Translations under genes and position numbers: made by a program | Notes under the pieces: generated by a model | Told to the model about the DNA's origin: nothing | Databases searched by the model: none | Seen by the model: the letters and a program-made list of their open reading frames with translations, nothing else | From: Atractiella rhizophila | Taxonomy: Eukaryota | Direction of reading: 5' to 3' | Length of the DNA: 48,041 bases | Assembly: GCA_021432655.1 (NCBI GenBank) | Contig: MU271265.1 | Span: 62,001-110,041, forward strand | Shown: positions 39,212 to 48,041 of the stretch, one piece after another | Layout of the letters: every line of letters starts with the position of its first letter | Position numbering within the stretch: the stretch's first letter is position 1

Positions 39212-40121
39212 TATCGCTGTGAAGTGAAACTTTGATGAAATGAATATCCATTGTGTGCAGCAGGAATGAGACATAGATCGGGCAATGACAGCGGCCTATT
39301 ACCAGCGACATCCGGGAGCAGCAGCTTCTACTGCTAATGCACAAGTACATTTCTGTCTGGCTGCTTTGATTCGCTGTGAATCACACTCCACTAACGCCCA
39401 AGGAAGGGAAAGAAATCATGTGGGGGGTTTAGAACACACACTATTTTCAACTAAACTGAGACCAAAAGATGGAAATATTGCGCACAAAGCTCTGCCCATA
39501 TCTCCCAGAGGCTCCAATATTGCAATGCGTTTTCGTTGCTTCCTTGTAACGAATCGACCCTCAAGGGGCCCTGTTTTTTGGCCATCGTCAATGTGTGGAG
39601 GGAGCTGGCTCATCTCCAGCAGCAGAGGCACGGGATATCCTTTGCGTTCAAAATAGAATGTACCCAGACTGTATGAGGTTTTACCAAGCCTGCCTGCTAT
39701 TTTTTTTCGGCGATCATTTTCGCCTGCTTGGCTTGGTAGTACTCAGTTTATCTAAAAGCAAGGACTAAAGCTGATAGGCACCCTGGTAAAGAAGATTGTA
39801 GGTATACATCTCGCTCGTGACTCTGCAAATTGGTCAATGTTGCCTGCCCCAAGTTGTGCTGACAAGATTTCCTCTCCCGCAGAAGCATTTTGAACCCCTC
39901 AGGCTTTTCTTTGTGGAACCATTCTCGACATTTACTTTACCTTTCAAGTTCCAAGTGATATGCTCAAGGCACCTTCCTTTCCCTGCACAATTACCAAAAC
40001 ATCTTGAACACTGTATGGCCATTCCTAGAAGTCGAAGCAGGGTAGTAACGCAAACTCGAAACATTCACATCATTCAGAAAGGAAACGTCGAACTGAGCAC
40101 ACGCAGAGATGGCAGACCCAA

Positions 40122-41383
40122 TCAAAGATAATAAGCCTGTCTGCCCACGTTCACTCCATACTCTGCCAGCGCCGGCGCGAGGTCGTCCATCGTCAACACC
40201 GTCCTTGCACGATCCTGCACCCACAAGTCAAAAAAAAACAAAGTAGTCATCAGTGAGTGTTTGATGTGCTGGAGAGAATAGATAAAATGGAAAGGGAGAA
40301 AGACGCACCCTCCTCCTGTTCTCTTCTCCTCCGTGTGTGGAAGCGGCGGTCCGAGTCCTGGCGTATTGGAACGCGTCGCCTATGATGTCGGAGACGAACT
40401 TTTGTGCAGAGAGCGCGATCAGCCTCGATCTGTCATCCCGTCATCAACCAAACATCAGTCATCAGCGTCAGCTTGCGGCGTGATACCGTGAGAGAGAGGA
40501 GAAAGGGGAGGGATGGAGACAAACATTCGGACGTCGGAGGTGTCGAAGCCGCTGCGTTGGAGGTAGTATTGGGTGACGGAGTCGGGGATCTGTGTAAAGA
40601 TAGAATGTAAGCTGGAACAAATGAGAGGAAGAGGAGCGTACGATGGGCCGGTATTCGTCCATAAGGAGGAGTAGGTCCGCGAGGGTCCTGTTTATGAGTG
40701 GTGTTAGTAAATGCATGGTATAACTAAAACAGAAAGAGGGCATGATAGCTGTCATGTCACTTTTTACGCGTTTGCGGTCGCAAAGTGTAGATGAAGCACC
40801 CCGTCTCTGTAGAAGAAAGAATGACATACTGGTCCCTCCTCTCCTCTCTCCACTCCCTCCTCGTTCCACCGACCTCCTCCCTCTCTAGCCTCTCCATCTC
40901 TTCTCTCCTCTTCGCCATCTCTGCCGTACCCTCCAACTTCAGAACCTCCACAGCGTCAACCTCCATCTTCTCTGCCTCCTCCTCGACTTCCCCAGAGGCT
41001 CCCGTTCCCGGCAGAGGAGAATCCGGAATCTCAACCACCTCCCTCTCCTTCCCCTTCCCATCCTCTCCCTCTCCCTCTCCCTCTCCTCCCTCCCGCTCCC
41101 CATCCTTCTCTTTCGCTCCCTCCTCCACGCCCTCCATCTCCTCAGCCTCAGCCTCACCCTCCCGCTCCTCCTGCACCGCCTCCGGCTCTTCGACGACCTT
41201 CTTCCCCTTCCCCCTCCCCTTCCCTCCCCCCGTCGTATTTCCACTTACGCTCCCTGCCGCAGCGCTGCTCGTGGTCGAAGTGGAGTTCTGCCGAGCTGTC
41301 ACGCGTGACGAGCGGCGCGAAGGCTGCGGGGTCACGGGAGGAGGAGACGCGGCGGATTGTGCGGAGGGGCAACGAGGAGGCAT
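40122..41383 (-). CDS. TAF10: TFIID/SAGA subunit Taf10 (multi-exon)
   Basis: LLLLMDEYRPI-IPDSVTQYYLQRSGFDTSDVR...LIALSAQKFVSDIIGDAFQYAR...VLTMDDLAPALAEYGVNV histone-fold motifs; long acidic N-terminal region. Confidence 0.92.
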
Positions 41384-41465
41384 GTTTGTGGCAATGTTTT
41401 GGATGAGGGCTGGGTGGAGATGGCCGTAGTTTAGTCTGTAGATTGTAGTGGGAAGGGAAACAGAC

Positions 41466-41470
41466 AAAAA
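41466..41470 (-). terminator. RNA polymerase III T-run terminator of the tRNA gene
   Basis: TTTTT on the minus strand, 3 nt after the discriminator base. Confidence 0.75.
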
Positions 41471-41473
41471 GAG

Positions 41474-41556
41474 TACGAGAAGTGGGGATCGAACCCACGA
41501 CCTTATGCGATTAAGCGCTGTTAAGCATATGCTACTACCAACTGAGCTATCCCCGC
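41474..41556 (-). tRNA. tRNA-Val(AAC) with 9-nt canonical-position intron (41510-41518)
   Basis: GCGGGGA-TA-GCTCAGTTGGTAGTAGC-A-TATGC-TT AAC A[GCGCTTAAT]C-GCATA-AGGTC-GTGGG-TTCGATC-CCCAC-TTCTCGT-A cloverleaf; A and B boxes present. Confidence 0.9.
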
Positions 41557-41720
41557 TTTGATTCTTCCTCCGTTTAGTTAGTATATAATACAGTAAAGCA
41601 AAGGACGGTTGCCACGTGGCTCGGCCCTTCCCGCCGGGCAAATGGAAAAGAAGCAGGAAAACGACCTCGACCTCAATACGTCCACTTTTTCACCTTAGAA
41701 TTCCCAGCGAAGGTGCAGCC

Positions 41721-43349
41721 ATGTCCTCCTTCCTCTCACGAAAGCCACACGCCCGCATATCCTCCGTCACCCTCAACCCGTACTCCCCGACGGCGTCCCC
41801 GAATCCCCAAGCGACCTCGTTCACCCAATCCAATTCGTCATTCGACTCGTACGCCGCCCATCCTGCTAAAACAACCTATTCCAGCTCTGGAACCACATTG
41901 TCCCTCACCACGACGGTATCGCACCATGGGTCGTACTTTTTGGCAGGGCTGCTGCAGTTCATGTCCCTGTTCTCAGATCGGACGGTAGACTTGTTGGCCA
42001 CTGATAGAAAGGTGAGGGAGAACTGTCTGAGGACGGCAGTGTTGCAGGGAGTGGTGTTGGTCGCTGTATTGGTCGGGAAAGCGTTTGGACTGGGAAGCTT
42101 GTACACCGTTCGTCTTTTTCCTTTCTTTTTCCTTTTCCTTTTTGGAGCGCTCGGCGTTGAGATGTTCGGTTCGGTTGGGCAGGCGACAGTGGTCGTGCCT
42201 CTCTTGTTGGGAGCGACATATCTCGGCTCGACAGCTGGGTCGGACCCGCCATCCGCTGCTACCCTCGTCACGAGAGCATCGGTCTGTGCGGATTGGGTCG
42301 TCGCCACTTTTTCACTCGCATACCTCTCCCAAAAGGGCGGATTTTGGATATGGATCCTCCTCCAGCCGTTCGTCATCGGATACACAGCTCTGACCAACAC
42401 CTACTTCATCTTTGAGTGCGTCATCTCTCCCTCTTTCCTTATTTCCTTCTTTCTAAAGAACCCTGGGTGGGAACAGTCCATCTTGGTCTTCGAAGCACAT
42501 GGTGCTCTCTGCCCAATTCAAGACCCTCCGTCAACACTGGGCCTACTTCCTCGGCCTCGCCCTCCCTCCGACGCTCTTCCTCTCCCTCTTCTCCCTCCTC
42601 AACATCACCCTCCTCCCCCTGCTCATCTTCTCCGCCTCCATCCCACTCCTCCAAACCCTCCCCGCCACCTCCCGTCCCCTCCCGATCTCCCCAGACTACC
42701 CTTCCGCATGGGGAATGGGCAGCACAGCCGGCACAGGGATGCGAGTCGGCGATTCGATCTCGTTGATGAGGAGCGAAGGAGCTTTCGATGGCGAGGACAG
42801 CGAGGCGGAGGAGCCGGTTTGCTCCCTGGACATCCCTTCTTCCCCAAGTCCCTCCCCGTCCTCTACTTTGCGCAAATCGTTGCCACGGCTGTGAACGGCG
42901 CGCTTGGATTGGAGGGAGGGAAGGGACGGGGAGCGAAGAAACATGCCGGGGGTGGGTTCCATCAGAACCATCAGGCGCAGGGAATGGCCAGTGGCATGAA
43001 CGGATACTCGTATGGACAGAACCAGATGCATGGCGTGAACGGATACGGTGGGTACGGTTCTCAACCTCAGCAAGGACACGGATATGGAGCTCCGAACGGA
43101 ATGAATGGTATGAATGGGATGGGCGGCATGAGCGGAATGAGCGGGATGGGGTACGGTCATCAACAACAGCAGCAAGGACAGGTCCTCTTCGATTATAATC
43201 AACAGAGCCAGCAACAGCAGGAAGAAAAGTCGTACCCTCCCCCACCTATGGCTAGGAAATCTTCCGTCCCCCCACCTCCCCAAATTAGACTCCAGCAGCC
43301 GAGCATCTCTGGCGGACCACCGGTGCCTCCTGGAAAGAAGGACGACTGA
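41721..43349 (+). CDS. EI24 (etoposide-induced 2.4)-like membrane protein with G/M/N/Q-rich low-complexity tail; probable frameshift at about 42814
   Basis: TM segments, YFIFE, LRQHWAYFLGLALP, RPLP and HPFFPKSLPV, resembling fungal EI24 motifs as I recall them. Confidence 0.6.
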   Translation: MSSFLSRKPHARISSVTLNPYSPTASPNPQATSFTQSNSSFDSYAAHPAKTTYSSSGTTLSLTTTVSHHGSYFLAGLLQFMSLFSDRTVDLLATDRKVRENCLRTAVLQGVVLVAVLVGKAFGLGSLYTVRLFPFFFLFLFGALGVEMFGSVGQATVVVPLLLGATYLGSTAGSDPPSAATLVTRASVCADWVVATFSLAYLSQKGGFWIWILLQPFVIGYTALTNTYFIFECVISPSFLISFFLKNPGWEQSILVFEAHGALCPIQDPPSTLGLLPRPRPPSDALPLPLLPPQHHPPPPAHLLRLHPTPPNPPRHLPSPPDLPRLPFRMGNGQHSRHRDASRRFDLVDEERRSFRWRGQRGGGAGLLPGHPFFPKSLPVLYFAQIVATAVNGALGLEGGKGRGAKKHAGGGFHQNHQAQGMASGMNGYSYGQNQMHGVNGYGGYGSQPQQGHGYGAPNGMNGMNGMGGMSGMSGMGYGHQQQQQGQVLFDYNQQSQQQQEEKSYPPPPMARKSSVPPPPQIRLQQPSISGGPPVPPGKKDD

Positions 43350-44130
43350 GTCGATGAGTCCAACGGAAGGGTAGATGGCTCGGAGGGTGAATTCAAAATG
43401 AATTGCGGTGGAGGTTGCGTTGCTGTTGGTTGTGCGAAGGAGACGGAGCGTTGATCGCTCTGCGATACGATTCTTGTGGAGACATAGTTGGTGTGACGAT
43501 TACTTCAGTTATGATCCATGGGAATGTCGGATGATTCTATCGTTTAATTATACGAGAGCTAAGATCGAAGGCATTTTCATTTCTAAGTCGTTAAATATCT
43601 CTTCATACCACAACATGCGGGCATTGTGTCTATTTGACATGGAGCTATTTTCGAGGGGAAGAAGAACGAGCGATCTATTTAACTCCCCTCTAGGCTTGTC
43701 TATTCATTCCTGCAGGTTCGATTCCACTCTATAGCCCCATCACCTGTCAAAGCTACGGCTTCTCCTAGCCCATCCGCCAGGTCCCACCGGCGCGCTTCGT
43801 GGTCATCAAACGTTACACATGCTGGAACGGGGCACGAGCACCCATTGAAAGCCCTTCAGAATTGTTAGTAGGGGTTGTAGGTGGATTCGACGGTGACGTA
43901 CTTTTTTCAGTTTACTATGCAGTTTCTCTCTAATCAATTTTCAATACGTATTGCAGGCCCGACCTCCAATAGCTTTACACTGCATTACTTTGCATCACTG
44001 TGAGAAGCTGGCGCAGACACTACGCTCCCGTAGTTTAGTCTGTTCAGGCTAAAAGTCCTTCCAGTCAGACAGGCTCAGTTTCCACTTTCCATCAGTTCCA
44101 ACAGCCTTCGAATTCGTACAGGAGCTATAG

Positions 44131-44136
44131 GAGTCA
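44131..44136 (-). promoter_or_regulatory. Putative Gcn4/CpcA-type element (TGACTC)
   Basis: GAGTCA on the + strand, about 30 nt upstream of the asparagine synthetase ATG. Confidence 0.35.
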
Positions 44137-44161
44137 CATATAATCCCATAGATACTCTGAA

Positions 44162-46241
44162 AATGTGTGGGATATTCGCCATTCACAACTACGAAGGCGA
44201 GTCGAGCTTGCGCAGAACCAAATGCCTTGCCTTATCGAAGAAGCTACGACATCGAGGCCCAGACTGGTCAGGTTGCTACGAGAATGGTAACTCGATACTA
44301 TGTCATGAGCGTTTAGCTGTCGTCGGCGTTGGTACGTAGCTTTTTTTGTTAGCAAAAGAAGCAATGGTGCGAGAGCTCTCTTGTAGATACTGGTGCTCAG
44401 CCTATCGTGAACGACGAAGGCACGCTGGCACTCTGCGTCAATGGAGAAATTTACAATTACAAAACATTGAAGAGATCTCTGCAGGACTGCAGCTTCAAAA
44501 CCCATTCTGATTGCGAGGTCATCATGCATTTGGTGAGTTCAGCCACTTGTACGTAACACCAAAAAAGCTGATCGTGATCGTCTTGCACTTTTTGTGCGTT
44601 GTGATAGTACAAAAAATGTGATCTCCCATCGCTCTGTAATCAGCTCGATGGAATGTTCTCCTTCGTCCTCCTCGACTCTCTCGATCCGCAAAATTCAAGA
44701 ATGGTCGCGGCACGAGATCCGATAGGAATCACGACTCTCTATATGGGATCCTACAACTCGACTTACTGCTTCGCGTCAGAGATGAAGGGCTTGCCACCAG
44801 AATGCACGAACATTATCTCCTTCCCTCCTGGTTGCTTTTGGGATTCACAGACTGGAGAAATTCAGAGGTATTACGAACCGGCTTGGTTCAAGGTCCCGAC
44901 CCAGATCCCGACCACTCCAGTCGACTTTGCCCTCTTGCGTACCAGTCTTGAGAAAGCTGTGCGGAAGCGTCTCATGTCAGAAGTTCCTTACGGTGTACTT
45001 CTGAGTGGAGGATTGGACAGTAGCTTGATTGCCGCCATCGCTGCTCGGGAGACGGAAAAGGTGGCCCGCGCTCAGATGCAGCGCGAATACCTCAAGCGAG
45101 CGTCGAACGAGGATCTGAGTCAGTCGGTTTCTTCACTGGATCGAATGGATGTTGGGGATTCGGATGAAGAAGATGACAGCTCTCTCACCTCCTGGCCAAG
45201 GTTACATTCCTTTTCCATAGGTCTTCCAGGTGCTCCCGATCTTCTGGCTGCTCGACAAGCGGCTTCATATCTCGGAACAGTGCATCATGAATATACCTTT
45301 ACCGTTCAAGAAGGCATTGATGCATTACAGGACGTGATTTATCACCTCGAGACGTTCGATGTCACCACAGTTCGTGCCAGCACACCGATGTATCTTCTCA
45401 GCCGCAAGATCAAGGCATCAGGAGTGAAAATGGTCCTTAGTGGTGAAGGAAGCGACGAGATCTTTGGTGGTTACCTCTACTTTCATAAAGCCCCAAGTGG
45501 GAAGGATTTCCATCAAGAATGTGTGGACAGAGTCAAGAACTTACACACTGCCGATTGTCTGCGGGCTAACAAGTATGCCTCCTTCAGTGTTGCCCTGCTT
45601 AGTTTTGCTGACATTTCTGTCGTGAAGGAGCACAATGGCCTGGGGACTTGAAGCTCGTGTACCTTTCCTCGATAAAGAGTTCCTATCGGTTTCGATGGAT
45701 ATTCGACCCGAGGAGAAGATGTTTGGTTCGAAGGAGGTGGATGCTCAGGGACGACCGAAGATGGAGAAGGTGCATTTTTCTTTATTTCCATCTTAGGAGG
45801 AGCCTTATCCATCACCGTCAGTACATTTTGCGCAAAGCCTTCGACATCTCTCCTGGAGGACGACCGTACCTTCCAGACTCCATTCTCTGGCGACAAAAGG
45901 AACAATTTTCGGACGGTTTGAGCTTTCTTCCATCGCATATTCTGTCTGTCTTAAAACCAGCGTAGGCGTAGGCTACTCTTGGATCGACGGCATGAAGGAA
46001 CATGCCTCAAAGGTCGTCACCGACGAGCAGCTGTCATCCGCCAAAGATCGCTGGCCGCTCGCTACGCCTGACACAAAAGAAGCATACATGATCAGGGAGA
46101 TGTTCGAAAGCCATTTCCCTGGTGAAACAGCCGCAGGAACCGCTGTCAGGTGAGCTCCATCCTTCCGTGGGCTGCGTACATTCTGATTTTGCGACACAGA
46201 TGGGTGCCGAGAACAGATTGGGGTTGTAGCTCTGATCCCTC
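44162..46241 (+). CDS. ASN1: Glutamine-hydrolysing asparagine synthetase (multi-exon); the last 37 nt lie in the reversed block (48041 to 48005)
   Basis: MCGIF (Ntn Cys), [74 protein letters not shown]. Confidence 0.97.
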
Positions 46242-47515
46242 CACATGTTTCATTAGGGGTTCATCTCTCCACCACACGGAGTTCTAGGTATAGTCCACTC
46301 ATCAACTTACGTCCTATCACTACAACGGAATAAAGCGGAGCGTTGTTACCCTAATTACGGGATAGGAGTAGTGACAGGTGTGGTAGTCCTAGTCCTCTCC
46401 TACCCATACTAGCCCAAAGAAGAAGTGACATGAGGAGTCGCCTCCCACTTACGACAGAGGTTACAGCAGCTCGACCAGCACTTCTATATCTATCACTTCT
46501 CGAAGCTGTCACGGCGACTGTGACTGCACCTCGGGATCAACTAGAACAGAGTACAACTCTACCTCATCCACCTCATCCTAATTTTACACGTCCCGCAACG
46601 GAGAGAGAATGTCCAGCTGGGACCATATCACCACGGAGGACGACGTCTGTAACTACGGCAAACCTAGCTGCGAGAGCTAAAGAACAAACTAAAGAGACTT
46701 AACGTGCACCGTACTCTCACATCGAACGACGTGTATTGTTTTACTATACTCACTTCTTATATATTCGGTCTCAGGTGTGTGGATACGAAAAAACGAACTA
46801 AACTAAACTACGATTGTCCGACTCCCTATGATACCATCTAACAATCCTTCGTATAAGTACCACTTTCTTTGACAAAGTGAACGTACTTACGAACGAGTGA
46901 AAGGGAGGATCAACCGTTTCTTGTCAAAAACCGTGTACTGTACCTCTACTCTTCAGAGTCTTTCGAGACATCCTTAATCTTTAACGCCCGTGCGTCAAAC
47001 GTTTGTGTTATCCTAAACCGTCACTGTTTTACACTGTACTGACTCTTAGCTTGGGCGTGGTTGTGATGTCAGTTCTGAGTTGATGGGTTTGGTATGTGGT
47101 TGATGTGGTAGCGCGTTTGAGACATGGAACAACGGAATAAACTCATCCATTCCTTTAAAAACAGTTTCACGGCTTCAGCCAGTGAACTGAGTCAGTACCT
47201 TTTGTTGATAAAAAAACAGGAAATTTATTCGAAATAACATATACCAACCTTTCCGCGACTATGCGCATAAGACCACCATACGAGTCTTAAAACTCCCCCA
47301 ACAACACCTGGTTCTTCAGTGTACTCAGTCAACGCCATTTTTAAAAAAAAAGCAGAAAGTTTACCCGAAACGACATATGCCAAGCTTCCCGCGGCTGTGC
47401 GCATAAGAACGACATACGAGTCTTAAAACTTTCCTGACAACACCCGCCACTATATTCCCGAGTTTTCATGTACACACTCAGTACCAGTTTTGGGCAGCAC
47501 GAAATATATATTCCT
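46242..47515. mobile_element. Probable Helitron 5' portion, readable right-to-left, running off the restored window end
   Basis: Restored sequence has an A^TCCTTATATATAAAG terminus at 47515, an internal tandem repeat of about 136 bp, and an open 157-codon ORF from ATG at 46713 ending AFNYSPDMDLEAHHLSTWGLLCT. Confidence 0.5.
47210..47445. repeat. Imperfect tandem duplication, period about 136 bp
   Basis: Identical core CATACGAGTCTTAAAACT at 47277-47294 and 47413-47430; alignable flanks (gcgcataaga, cgaaa..acatat.ccaa). Confidence 0.85.
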
Positions 47516-47538
47516 ACAGGGTATTTGAGTGCCTCATC

Positions 47539-47701
47539 CAACACGAGGCCATCGCTTCTAACCGAATCACCTGCTATGAAATCGCAATTGACCCTGGACC
47601 TGCTTGAGTTATCGCTATTTAAGTTTTGTTCTTAGAACCTTCTTCTAAGCGACTTCTGATCCGAGTCCCACGGTCGTCTCGAACGTCCCCCTGCGCCAAT
47701 T
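47539..47701. CDS. Last exon of a fungal SDR-type oxidoreductase, readable as the complement left-to-right (minus strand of the restored sequence)
   Basis: CTCAC..TAG acceptor, then LCSGSEDWLSGRYFSVNWDLDELNSDKFKTRILEEDSLKTRL...GGRG*; the LSGRY...NWD.DEL motif is typical of fungal SDR C-termini. Confidence 0.7.
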
Positions 47702-48004
47702 GTTCTTCGCGGTCAGTGGTGCACCCTGGCTTATCTACCTCATATCCTTGTTCCGTTGCATAACACGTGACACGTCTTCGCCTCCGTACGTTAAGGAGAT
47801 TGTAGGCTTTTATTAAGATCTTGTACCATCCATGTGTAGTCCAAGGGATTACTCATTATCGCGAGATGTGATTCGAAGGTGAGTCTTTTCTAGGGACATA
47901 ACGATGCTACTCGTTCAGTTTGGGGTTACTTGTGTTTTAGTTTAGATATGACACCACAGCATTTGGCGCTAACAAGGGTGTCTCAGTCGCCGGATGATCA
48001 TGTA

Positions 48005-48041
48005 AGTCATCCGAAAGAGTACCTGTCGGACCCGAGCAGGT
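48005..48041. CDS. ASN1: Final codons of asparagine synthetase, readable only right-to-left (uncomplemented)
   Basis: TC(46240-46241)+T GGA CGA GCC CAG GCT GTC CAT GAG AAA GCC TAC TGA = S-G-R-A-Q-A-V-H-E-K-A-Y-stop. Confidence 0.93.

Larger units (their letters stand above)
46242..48041. other. 1,800-bp block written in reverse order without complementation (artefact or manipulation)
   Basis: Reading 48041 down to 46242 continues the ASN1 frame seamlessly and reveals other natural-looking coding and splice signals absent from both real strands. Confidence 0.95.

Noticed and set aside
39285..40120. Short Cys-containing ORFs between the SDR and TAF10
   Set aside because: Fragmentary, no motif and no consistent splice model; possibly degenerate sequence.
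40757..41641. 294-aa ORF as the true TAF10 N-terminus, and the antisense Ser/Pro-rich ORF 40791..41429
   Set aside because: The upstream part runs through the tRNA gene. The antisense ORF is a shadow of purine-rich Glu/Gly codons.
41616..43349. 577-aa ORF as a single-exon protein
   Set aside because: It reads through two GT..AG introns and a wrong-frame Pro-rich stretch; the EI24-like motifs need splicing and a frame change.
46430..47544. ORFs 46430..46702 (+) and 47341..47544 (-)
   Set aside because: They lie in the mirror-reversed block and are chance ORFs.
46242..48041. Biological inversion or foreign insertion truncating ASN1
   Set aside because: The missing ASN1 codons are recovered by plain reversal, not by reverse complement, which no in-vivo inversion produces.

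Overview
Gene-dense, intron-rich fungal DNA. Typical introns are about 40-75 nt, GT..AG with CTRAC/CTAAC branch sites; a basidiomycete origin is inferred. Recognisable genes in order: PAN2 (partial), AKR1, an F-box-like orphan with a frameshift, YPT6, PFK, a paralogous F-box-like orphan, DAD2, an equilibrative nucleoside transporter, a mitochondrial carrier, SLM3/MnmA, CEX1/SCYL1, an acetoacetate-decarboxylase-like protein, an F-box protein, RRP15, SCAP, a glutamine-synthetase-like protein, an SDR, TAF10, an intron-containing tRNA-Val(AAC), an EI24-like protein and asparagine synthetase. The main anomaly is that the last 1,800 bases (46242-48041) are written backwards: reversed but not complemented. 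Read right-to-left they finish the asparagine synthetase gene exactly (DP-SGRAQAVHEKAY*). They also reveal the last exon of an SDR gene and a probable Helitron 5' end. No biological inversion gives this, so it is a data artefact or manipulation. Other observations: a perfect 155-bp tandem duplication of the DAD2 3' end, three single-base frameshifts, a 10-bp antisense coding overlap of two mitochondrial-protein genes, and four unusually long introns (three with visible stems) that are candidate ncRNA hosts. I cannot support a new multi-gene biological system here. All homology calls come from motif recognition, not database searches.
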